Made by a program: the position numbers and the translations under genes. A model generated the notes under the pieces. The model did not search any database. It worked only from the letters and a program-made list of their open reading frames with translations, and was not told where the DNA came from. 58,798 nucleotides of DNA from Opitutaceae bacterium (lineage in GTDB: Bacteria; Verrucomicrobiota; Verrucomicrobiia; Opitutales; Opitutaceae), in NCBI GenBank assembly GCA_035299125.1, contig DATGXA010000350.1, positions 1 to 58,798 on the forward strand, given 5' to 3'. Position 1 is the first letter of the stretch, and every line of letters starts with the position of its first letter. Of the stretch, positions 43,810-52,694 are shown one piece after another.

Positions 43810-46800
43810 ATGTCCATCCCCTCAATCTCGACCTATTCGCGCCAGGCGATCGCGAATCTGACCACCACCGAGCTGCAGGGCCTCACGTCGACGGAGTTCG
43901 CTTCGTTGCTCGCCTCGCAGATCAAGTCGCTCACTACCACCCAGGTCGAGAGCCTCACCGAGACCGCGCTCGCCGCGATGACGGCGACCCAGATCAAGGC
44001 GCTCAGCGCCGCGCAGGCCACCGCGCTCACGTCGAGCCAACTCATCGTCTTCAGCGCGACCCAGTTCTCCACCTTCAGCTCGGCGCAGCTCGCCGGTATG
44101 TTGCCCGCCGAGATCGCCGCGCTCACCACGACCCAGCTCGCCGGCCTCGCCGCCAATGATTTCGGCGAACTCTCCGCCGCGCAGGCGGCCGCTCTCACGA
44201 CCGAGCAACTGGCTGTCCTCACCCGGTCGCAGTTTTCCGGTTTCAGCGGCGCAAGCCTCGGCAGCTTCACCACGACACAGCTGCAATCGCTCGCACCCAC
44301 GCAGTTCGCCAACCTCAGCACCACCGCCCTCAGGGGCCTCAAGGCCACGCAAATCACCGAGCTCACGCCCGAACAGCTCGGCGTCCTCACCGCCACGCAA
44401 CTCGGCGCACTCGCCGCCGCGACCGTGGGCGCACTCACCGGCGAGCAGGTGGCCGCGCTCACCACCACCCAGCTCGGCGGCCTCCTGCCCACGCAACTCG
44501 CCGCGCTCGGCGCGCCGCAGCTCGAGGCGTTGGGCGCCACACAGCTCGCTTCGTTCGACATCGCGCAGCTGCGCAATCTCACCTCCACCGCGCTCAGCCT
44601 GCTCACCGCCACGCAACTCGCCGCGCTTTCCGACACGCAGCTCGCCGCCCTGGCCACGACTCAGCTCAGAGGGCTCACCGCGACCGATGTCGCCGAGCTC
44701 ACGCTCACGCAACTCGCCGCCCTCACCGACACGCAACTCGCCGCCCTCTCGCTCACCGCGCTCTCCGGCCTCACGACCACCCAGATCGCCGCGCTCTCCG
44801 TCTCGGAACTCTCCCATCTCAGCGCTTGGGCGGTCGGCTCGTTCTCCGCGGCCCAGATCGCCGCGCTCTCCCCGACGCAACTCGCCGGTCTCGCGACCAC
44901 CCAGGTGCGCAACCTCTCCTGGAGCTTCATCGCAGCGTTGTCGGCCAACCAATTCGCCGCGCTCGGCACCGCCCAGATCGCCGCGCTTTCCACCGCGACC
45001 ATCAAAGGCCTCGAGATCACCACGCTCGCCGCGCTTTCCGCCTCCCAGCTGCGGGCCCTCACCTCGTACCAACTCGCCGCGCTTTCCTCCACGCAGGTCG
45101 CTTCGCTCTCCACCACGCAGCTCGGCGTGCTCACCCCCACTCAGCTCGCGACCTTCACGAGCACCGACATCGCCGCGCTCGCCACCACCCAACTGGCCGC
45201 GCTCTCGGGCACGCAGTTCGCCGCCCTCTCCATCTCCGCCATCAAAGGCCTCTCCGGCTCCCACCTCGCCGCATTGACCGAGACGCAGTTTGCCGCCCTC
45301 ACGAGCACCCAGGCCGCCGCGCTCACCACCACCCAGGCGGACCAGCTCAGCACCACGCAATTTGCCGCGCTCACCACCACCCAGCTCCGCGCGCTCAACG
45401 CCGCCGTGCTCGGCTCGCTCGCCGACGAACAGATCGCCCTCCTCACCACCACGCAGATCGCCGCCCTCTCGCCCGCCCAGCTCGGCCGTTTCACGCCCAC
45501 CAGCCTCGCCGCCTTCACCACCACACAGATCGCGGCGTTCTCGGCCGCGCAGTTGGCCGGGCTCTCCGCCGCGGCGTTCACCGGTCTCGCGGAGACCCAG
45601 ATCGCCAGCCTCGCACCGTCGCAGCTCGGCGCGCTCTCCTCGAATCACCTCAAGGCACTTTCAAGCACGCAGATCTCGCAGTTCAGCCCCGCGCAACTCG
45701 CCGCTCTCTCCGCCGCCCAGTTGCGCGGCCTCACCGCGTCAAACGTAAGCGCGCTTGAGGCCACCCAACTCGCCGCGTTCTCCGCCGAGCAGATCGCCGG
45801 CATCACCGTCACCCAGATCCAAGGGCTCAACAGCACCGATCTCGGCGAGTTCACCACCACGCAACTCGCCGCTCTCACCACCACCCAGTTCGCCGCCCTG
45901 CGCACCGCCATCGTCGCCGGTCTCACCACCACCCAGATCGCCGCGCTCTCCACCACCCAGCTGAACGCCCTCGCCGGGCGCACCTTCGGCTTCCTCACCG
46001 AGACCCAGCTCGCCGCCCTCTCCGCCACTCAGCTCGCCGCGCTCACCACCACCAAGCTCCGCAACCTCACCACCACCCAAGCCGCCGCGCTCGACGTCAC
46101 CCAGCTCGCCCGTTTCTCCAGCACCCAGCTCGGCGCCATCGCCCCCGCCGCTTTCGCCAGCCTCGGGGAAACGCAGATGGCCGGTCTCACCACCACCCAA
46201 CTCCGCGGCCTCACCACGGCCCAGATCGCGGCGCTCAGCACCACCGGCGTCGATGCCCTCGGCGCCATGCAACTCGTCGCGCTCTCCACCACCCAGATCG
46301 CCGCCCTCGGCGCCACCCACCTCGGCTCGCTCACCGACACGCAGCTCGCCGCCTTCACCACCACTCAAATCGCCGCCCTTTCCACCGCCGCGATCAAAGG
46401 CCTCACCGAAGCCCAACTCACCGCGCTCGACGCCGCCCACCTCGCGGCGCTCACCTCGACCGCGCTCTCCGGCCTCACCGCCACCCAGCTCGCACAGCTC
46501 CCCGTCGCGCAGCTCCTCGCCCTCGCCACCCACCAGCTCCGCGGCTTCACCAGCGCGCAACTCGCCGCCCTCAACGAGACCCAGCTCGCCGCGCTCGCCT
46601 CCACGCAACTTTCCGCCCTCGCGAGCACCCAGCTCCGCGGCCTCACCGCCACCGCGCTCACCCAGCTCACCACCGCGCAACTCCAGGCGTTGACTTCCGC
46701 CCAGCTCGCCGGCTTCGCCACCACCGCGATCCCCGGGCTCACCGAGGAGCAGCTCGCCACCCTCTCCATCACCCAGCTCCGCGGCCTCACCAGCACCCAG

Positions 46801-49800
46801 CTCGCCGCTCTCACCACCACCCAAGCCGGCCACCTTGCCGAGACGCAGCTCGCCGCCCTCTCCACCACCCAACTCCGCGGCCTCTCGAGCACCGCCGCCA
46901 GCGCGCTCACATCGACGCAGCTCGCCGCCCTCAGCTCCACCCAGCTCGCCGCGCTCACCACCGCGCAACTCGCCGGCCTCACCAGTACCGACATCAACGA
47001 GCTCAGCCTCACCGAACTCGCCGCGTTCGCCTCCACTCAGCTCGCCGCCCTCTCCACCGGCGCTCTCGCCGGTTTCACGACCACGCAGCTCGCCGCCCTC
47101 TCCACCACCCAGCTGAAGGGCTTCACCGCCGCGCAGCTCGCTGCGTTCTCCGCCGACCAACTCGACACGTTCGCCACCTCGCAACTGGCCGCCCTCACCA
47201 CCACCCAGCTCGGCGGCCTTTCCGCCACCCAGCTCGGCGAACTCTCGCTCACCCAACTCGCCGTCCTCTCTCCCGCCCAGTTCGGCGCGCTTTCCTCCGC
47301 CGCCGTGCGCGGCCTCGCGGAAACGCAGCTCGCCGCTCTCACGCTCACGCAACTCGACGGCCTCACCGCCACCCAGTTCGCCGCCCTTTCCGCCACCCAG
47401 ATCGGCCAGCTCGCGAGCACCCAGCTCGCCTCGCTCTCCATCACCCAGCTCAAAGGCCTCACCGCCACCGGCCTCGCCGCCCTCGGCACCACGCTGCTCG
47501 AAGCACTCTCCTCCACCCAGCTCGCCGCCCTGCCGGCCACCGCGATCACCGGTCTCACCGAGGAACAGCTCGCCGCTCTCTCGACGACGCAGTTCGCCGT
47601 CCTCACCTCCACCGAACTCGCCGCGCTCACCGCCACCCAGATCGGCCTCCTCAGCGCCACCCAACTCGCCGCCCTTTCCACCCTGCAAATCCGCGGCTTC
47701 ACCGCCACCCAGCTCGCCGCACTCTCCGAAACGCAGCTCGCGACCTTCGCCACCACCCAGATCGCCGCCCTCTCCACCACCCAGGTCGCCGGCCTCAACC
47801 ACACCGAACTCGCCGCCCTGAGCCCCGCGCAACTCGCCGCGCTCTCCTCACTCCAGCTCGGCGCGCTCGCCACCGGCGCCGTCTCCGGTCTCACCACCGC
47901 GCAATTCGCGTCGCTCTCCGTCACCCAGCTCGCCGGTTTCTCCAGCACGCAACTCGGCGCCCTCACGACGACCCAAGTGAGCGAGCTCTCCGTCACCCAG
48001 CTCTCCGCCCTTTCCGCCCACCAACTCCGCGGCCTCACCAGCACCGGCGTGAGCACGCTCACCTCCGCGCAGTTCGCCGCGTTGAGCACCACGCAGCTCG
48101 CCGCACTCACCACCGCACAGATCCAAGGCCTCACCGCCGCCGACACCGCCGAGCTCAGCCTCACCGAACTCGCCCGTCTCACCTCCACCCAGCTCGCCGC
48201 CCTCACCACCACCGCGCTCTCCGGCCTCGACACCACCCAACTCGCCGCCCTCGCCACCACCCAGGTCGCCGCCTTCGTCGCCGCGCAACTTGCCGCGTTT
48301 TCCACCGCGCAGTTCGCCGCGTTGAGCACCACGCAGCTCGCCGCCCTTTCCACCTCCGGCGTCGCCGGCCTCACCTCGACCAATCTCGCCGGGCTCGACG
48401 CCACCCAACTCGGCGCGCTCTCCGCCGCGCAGCTCGGCGCCCTCGCCACGACCGCGCTCTCCGGCCTCACCATCACCCAACTCGGCGAACTCTCGACCAC
48501 GCGCCTCAACGCCCTCCGGCCCACCCAGCTCGCCGCACTCGCCACCACGCAGCTCGCCGCCTTCAGCACGACTCAGTTCGCCGCCCTCTCCACCACCAAC
48601 CTCGCCGGCCTCGTCGACACCCAGCTCGCCGCTCTCTCGCTCGACCAACTCGCCGCACTCTCCACGCGCCAGCTCGCCGCTCTCTCCGCCACCGGCATCG
48701 ACGGCCTCACGACCGACGCCGTCGCCGCCCTCTCCGCCACCCAGCTCGCCGCGCTCACCACCGCACAACTCGCCGGCCTCACCGCCGCCCAATTGCGCGC
48801 GTTCACGACCACGCAACTCGCCGCGCTCTCCGCCGTCCAACTCCACGGCCTCCCTGCGACCCAGCTCGCCGCCTTCGCCGCCGAGCAGATCGCCACGTTC
48901 TCCACCGCGCAACTCGCCGAACTCTCCAGCACCGCACTCGGCGGCTTCACCGCCGCGCAGCTCGCCGCGCTCTCACCCGACCAGCTCGCCGCGTTCGCCT
49001 CCACGCAGCTCGCCGCACTCTCCAACACCGCGTTGGCCGGGTTCACCGCCACCACGCTCGCCGGCCTCACCACCCGCCAGCTCGCCGCGCTTTCGAGCAA
49101 CCAACTCGCCGCGCTCTCCACCGGCCAGCTCGCACAGCTCGCCGCCACCCAAGTCGCCGCGCTCTCCACCACCGGCGTCACCGGCCTCACCGAGACGCAG
49201 CTCGGCGCCTTCAACGCCACCCAGCTCGCCGCACTCACCGCCGCGCAATTCGCGCACCTCACCGCCACCGCCCTCGAAGGTCTGAGCGGGGCCGACATGG
49301 CGGCGCTTTCCGTGACCCAACTCCGGGCGCTCAGCGCCACCAGCCTCGCCGCCCTCGGGTCCCACCAGCTCGCCGGCCTCGCTGCCACTCAGGTAGCTTC
49401 GCTCACCACCACACAGCTCGCCGCCCTCGCGCCCGACGCCCTCACCGGTCTCGCCGTCGAGGATTTCGCCGCGCTCTCCCACACCCAGCTCACCGCGTTC
49501 ACTGCCGCGCAGTTCGGCGCGTTCACCGAAACACAGGTCGCCGCCCTCGCGCCCACGCAGATCGCCGCGCTCTCCGCCACCCAACTCGCCGGCCTCGACA
49601 GCACGCAGGTGGCCGCGCTCTCCGCCACCCAGCTCGCCCAGCTTTCGCCCGAACAACTCACGCTGCTCTCGCTCGCCGGCCTCGACGGCTTCACACCCGC
49701 CAAGATCGCCGCACTCTCCACCGCACAGCTCGGGGCGCTCACCGCCGCGCACCTCGCCAGCCTCGCCGCCACCCAAGTCGCGGCCCTCACCGCGACCCAG

Positions 49801-52638
49801 CTTGCCGCGCTCACGACCACGCAGCTCAACCAGCTTTCGGAGACGGGCCTCGCAGCATTCACCGCCGCCCAGATCGCCACGCTCTCCACGACTCAGGTCG
49901 CCGGCCTTTCCACCATCCAATTCGCCGGCCTCACCTCGACCGAGGTCGCCGCGCTCGGCGCCACGCAACTCGCCGCACTCTCCACCCGCCAGCTCGCCGC
50001 CCTCGACACCACCGCAGTGGTCGGTCTCGGCGCCACGAGCTTCGCCGCACTCTCGGCCACGCAGCTCGCCGCATTCACCTCCACCCAGTTCGGCGCGCTC
50101 ACCAACGCGCAACTCGCCGCGTTCGACACCACGCAGCTCGCCACCTTCTCCGCCACCGAATTGCGCGGCCTCACCGAAACCCAGGCCGCCGCCTTCTCCA
50201 CCACGCAGCTCGCCGCGTTGTCAGCCACGCAGTTCGCCGCGCTCTCCACCCTCGCGATCGCCGGCCTCACCGCCACGCAACTTGCCGCCCTTTCCACCAC
50301 GCAAGTGAAGGGCCTCGCCGTCACCGGCCTCGCTGCGCTCACCACCCGCCAACTCGACGCCCTCAGCGGCACCCAGCTCGCCGCGCTCTCCACCACGCAG
50401 CTTCGCGGACTAACGAGCACCCAGATCGGCGCGCTCGGCGCCCCACAACTCGCCGCGTTGGCCACGACGCACATCGCCGCGCTCGCCGCCACCCAGCTGC
50501 AAGGTCTCTCGAGCACCGGCGTCGCCGCCCTCGCGCCCACGCAGCTCGCCACGCTCTCCGCCGCTCAGATCGCCGCGCTCTCCACGACCGGCATGGCCGG
50601 GCTCACCACCACCGAACTCTCGGCCCTCTCCACGCGCCAACTCGCGTCGTTCACCGCCACGCAGATCGGCGCCTTCTCCGCCGAACAACTCGCCACCCTC
50701 ACCACCACCCAGGTGCGCGTGCTCACCGCCGCCGAGATCGGCGGCCTCACCTCGACCCAGGTCGCGGGCCTCTCCGCCGCGCAACTCGCCGCCTTCTCCA
50801 CCACGCAGCTCGCCGCCCTCTCCGCCACCGGCGTCAAGGGCCTCACCGCCACGCAGCTCGCCGCCTTCACCGGCACCCAGCTCGGCGCCCTAACCGCAGC
50901 CGAGTTCGCCGCCCTCACCACCACTCAGGTCGCAAATCTCGCCACGACTCAGCTCGCCGCGCTCACCTCAACCCAACTCCGCGGCCTGACCACCACCGGG
51001 CTCGGCGCGCTCTCCGCCGAACAATTCGCCGCGCTCTCCACCACGCAGCTCGCGAACCTGTCGCTCGCGCAATTCCAGGGGCTCACGAGTTCCGCCATCG
51101 CCGCACTGTCCACGACCCAACTCGCAGCGCTCTCGACGACCCAGCTGGCCAACCTCTCGACCACCGCCGTCACCGGCCTCGCCGCGAGCGATTTCGCGGC
51201 GCTCACCGCGCGCCAGCTCGGCGCGTTCACCGCCACGCAGCTCGGCGCGCTCACAACCACGCAGGTTGCCGCGCTCGACGCCGAGCTGCTCGCCGCGTTC
51301 ACCACCACGCAGGTGCGCGGCCTCGCCGACACGCAGGTCGGCGCGTTCTCCACGACCCAGCTCGCCTCTCTCTCCACCGCGCAGCTCGCTTCACTCTCCA
51401 CCGGCGGCGCCTCCGGCCTCACCGCCACCCAACTCGCTTCGCTCAGCACCACGCAGCTCGGCGCCCTCGCCGCCACCGAGATCGAAGCGCTCGCCACCAC
51501 TGCGCTCGCCGGCCTCTCGGCCACCACGCTCGCCGCGCTCACCACAACGCAGCTCGCCAGCCTCGCCGCCACCGGTCTCGCCGCGCTCACGACCACGCAG
51601 CTCGCCAGCCTCGGCACCGCCCAGCTCGAGGCGCTCTCCGCCACCGGTCTCGCCGGCCTCACCTCGCGCCAAGTCTCCGCACTCTCCGCCACGCAGCTCG
51701 CCACGCTCGGCGCCAACCAACTCGCCTCGCTTTCCACCACCGGCCTGCGCGGTCTCACCGCCGCCCAGCTCGCCACGCTCACGACCGCGCAGCTCGTCGC
51801 GCTCGGCGCCGAAGGTGCGGCCGCGCTCTCCGCCACCGCCGTATCCGGACTCTCCACCACGCAGCTCGCCGCCCTCACCACCGCGCAATTCGCCAGCCTC
51901 TCGGCCGAGGGCATCTCCGGTCTCGGCACCGCGCAGTTCGCCGGCCTCAGCGCCACCCAGCTCGGCATGCTCAACGCCACCGAGCTCGGCGGTCTCACGG
52001 CCGCGCAGCTCGCCGCCCTCTCTGCGGCCAAGTTCGAGACGTTCTCCACCGCGCAGCTCGCCGCCCTCTCGACCTCCGCGATCTCCGGCCTCACCGCCGC
52101 CCAGCTCGCCGCCCTCGACGAGACCCGCCTCGACGTCCTCACCTCGACTCAGCTCGCCGCCCTCACCACGACCCAGATCGGCCAGCTCTCGACGACGCAG
52201 ATCACCGATCTCTCCACCACGCAGATCGCCGGCCTCGTGCGCCCGCAACTCCGCGCGCTCAATGCCGAGCAGTTTGCCGCGCTCGCCCCCGCGCAGATCG
52301 CGGCCCTCGGCGGCGCGCAATTCGCAAACCTCACCGCCACCGAACTCCGCGCCCTCAGCCCCGCCCAGCTAGGCGCCGTCACCGCGGCGCAGCTCGGCGC
52401 GCTCGCCGGCCCGCAGTTCGGCGCCTTCAGCACCACGCAGTTCGACCAGCTCGCCGCCACCCAGCTCACCGAGCTCACCACAACCACGATCCAGGCGCTC
52501 GAAACGACGACCGTCGCCGCCCTCACCGTGCACCTGATCGAGTCGCTCACCGCCACACAGCTCGCCGCCCTCACCGGCGAACAGCTTGCGCTGTTCTCGC
52601 CCGCCCAGCTCGCCGCCTACCAAAGCGCGCGCGTCTGA
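43810..52638 (+). CDS. Giant (2,942 aa) octapeptide-repeat protein, consensus L-[ST]-[TSA]-[TA]-Q-[LIFV]-[AG]-[AG]
   Basis: A single uninterrupted 8,829-nt ORF, by far the longest of the six frames here. Codon choice (ctc/gcc/acc/cag) matches the neighbouring genes. It has no N-terminal signal peptide (MSIPSISTYSRQAIANL...). Confidence 0.8.
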   Translation: MSIPSISTYSRQAIANLTTTELQGLTSTEFASLLASQIKSLTTTQVESLTETALAAMTATQIKALSAAQATALTSSQLIVFSATQFSTFSSAQLAGMLPAEIAALTTTQLAGLAANDFGELSAAQAAALTTEQLAVLTRSQFSGFSGASLGSFTTTQLQSLAPTQFANLSTTALRGLKATQITELTPEQLGVLTATQLGALAAATVGALTGEQVAALTTTQLGGLLPTQLAALGAPQLEALGATQLASFDIAQLRNLTSTALSLLTATQLAALSDTQLAALATTQLRGLTATDVAELTLTQLAALTDTQLAALSLTALSGLTTTQIAALSVSELSHLSAWAVGSFSAAQIAALSPTQLAGLATTQVRNLSWSFIAALSANQFAALGTAQIAALSTATIKGLEITTLAALSASQLRALTSYQLAALSSTQVASLSTTQLGVLTPTQLATFTSTDIAALATTQLAALSGTQFAALSISAIKGLSGSHLAALTETQFAALTSTQAAALTTTQADQLSTTQFAALTTTQLRALNAAVLGSLADEQIALLTTTQIAALSPAQLGRFTPTSLAAFTTTQIAAFSAAQLAGLSAAAFTGLAETQIASLAPSQLGALSSNHLKALSSTQISQFSPAQLAALSAAQLRGLTASNVSALEATQLAAFSAEQIAGITVTQIQGLNSTDLGEFTTTQLAALTTTQFAALRTAIVAGLTTTQIAALSTTQLNALAGRTFGFLTETQLAALSATQLAALTTTKLRNLTTTQAAALDVTQLARFSSTQLGAIAPAAFASLGETQMAGLTTTQLRGLTTAQIAALSTTGVDALGAMQLVALSTTQIAALGATHLGSLTDTQLAAFTTTQIAALSTAAIKGLTEAQLTALDAAHLAALTSTALSGLTATQLAQLPVAQLLALATHQLRGFTSAQLAALNETQLAALASTQLSALASTQLRGLTATALTQLTTAQLQALTSAQLAGFATTAIPGLTEEQLATLSITQLRGLTSTQLAALTTTQAGHLAETQLAALSTTQLRGLSSTAASALTSTQLAALSSTQLAALTTAQLAGLTSTDINELSLTELAAFASTQLAALSTGALAGFTTTQLAALSTTQLKGFTAAQLAAFSADQLDTFATSQLAALTTTQLGGLSATQLGELSLTQLAVLSPAQFGALSSAAVRGLAETQLAALTLTQLDGLTATQFAALSATQIGQLASTQLASLSITQLKGLTATGLAALGTTLLEALSSTQLAALPATAITGLTEEQLAALSTTQFAVLTSTELAALTATQIGLLSATQLAALSTLQIRGFTATQLAALSETQLATFATTQIAALSTTQVAGLNHTELAALSPAQLAALSSLQLGALATGAVSGLTTAQFASLSVTQLAGFSSTQLGALTTTQVSELSVTQLSALSAHQLRGLTSTGVSTLTSAQFAALSTTQLAALTTAQIQGLTAADTAELSLTELARLTSTQLAALTTTALSGLDTTQLAALATTQVAAFVAAQLAAFSTAQFAALSTTQLAALSTSGVAGLTSTNLAGLDATQLGALSAAQLGALATTALSGLTITQLGELSTTRLNALRPTQLAALATTQLAAFSTTQFAALSTTNLAGLVDTQLAALSLDQLAALSTRQLAALSATGIDGLTTDAVAALSATQLAALTTAQLAGLTAAQLRAFTTTQLAALSAVQLHGLPATQLAAFAAEQIATFSTAQLAELSSTALGGFTAAQLAALSPDQLAAFASTQLAALSNTALAGFTATTLAGLTTRQLAALSSNQLAALSTGQLAQLAATQVAALSTTGVTGLTETQLGAFNATQLAALTAAQFAHLTATALEGLSGADMAALSVTQLRALSATSLAALGSHQLAGLAATQVASLTTTQLAALAPDALTGLAVEDFAALSHTQLTAFTAAQFGAFTETQVAALAPTQIAALSATQLAGLDSTQVAALSATQLAQLSPEQLTLLSLAGLDGFTPAKIAALSTAQLGALTAAHLASLAATQVAALTATQLAALTTTQLNQLSETGLAAFTAAQIATLSTTQVAGLSTIQFAGLTSTEVAALGATQLAALSTRQLAALDTTAVVGLGATSFAALSATQLAAFTSTQFGALTNAQLAAFDTTQLATFSATELRGLTETQAAAFSTTQLAALSATQFAALSTLAIAGLTATQLAALSTTQVKGLAVTGLAALTTRQLDALSGTQLAALSTTQLRGLTSTQIGALGAPQLAALATTHIAALAATQLQGLSSTGVAALAPTQLATLSAAQIAALSTTGMAGLTTTELSALSTRQLASFTATQIGAFSAEQLATLTTTQVRVLTAAEIGGLTSTQVAGLSAAQLAAFSTTQLAALSATGVKGLTATQLAAFTGTQLGALTAAEFAALTTTQVANLATTQLAALTSTQLRGLTTTGLGALSAEQFAALSTTQLANLSLAQFQGLTSSAIAALSTTQLAALSTTQLANLSTTAVTGLAASDFAALTARQLGAFTATQLGALTTTQVAALDAELLAAFTTTQVRGLADTQVGAFSTTQLASLSTAQLASLSTGGASGLTATQLASLSTTQLGALAATEIEALATTALAGLSATTLAALTTTQLASLAATGLAALTTTQLASLGTAQLEALSATGLAGLTSRQVSALSATQLATLGANQLASLSTTGLRGLTAAQLATLTTAQLVALGAEGAAALSATAVSGLSTTQLAALTTAQFASLSAEGISGLGTAQFAGLSATQLGMLNATELGGLTAAQLAALSAAKFETFSTAQLAALSTSAISGLTAAQLAALDETRLDVLTSTQLAALTTTQIGQLSTTQITDLSTTQIAGLVRPQLRALNAEQFAALAPAQIAALGGAQFANLTATELRALSPAQLGAVTAAQLGALAGPQFGAFSTTQFDQLAATQLTELTTTTIQALETTTVAALTVHLIESLTATQLAALTGEQLALFSPAQLAAYQSARV
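43858..52620 (+). repeat. 24-bp-periodic coding tandem repeat array (about 365 units)
   Basis: The period-8 amino-acid pattern stays in the same register at residues 17, 2385 and 2937 (all 1 mod 8). There are local higher-order duplications, for example an exact 40-nt match between 48065-48104 and 48305-48344 (offset 240 nt, 10 octads). Confidence 0.9.
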
Positions 52639-52694
52639 GAAACGTGTCTCCGTTTTCCTGAGCCAGCCCGGCCGCCGCGCGCCCACCTTCCGCC

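Noticed and set aside
43858-52620. Possible CRISPR array or satellite because of the strict short-period DNA repeat
   Set aside because: The period is 24 bp with no unique spacers. The repeats are degenerate mainly at synonymous positions and lie within a single continuous ORF, so this is a coding tandem repeat, not CRISPR.
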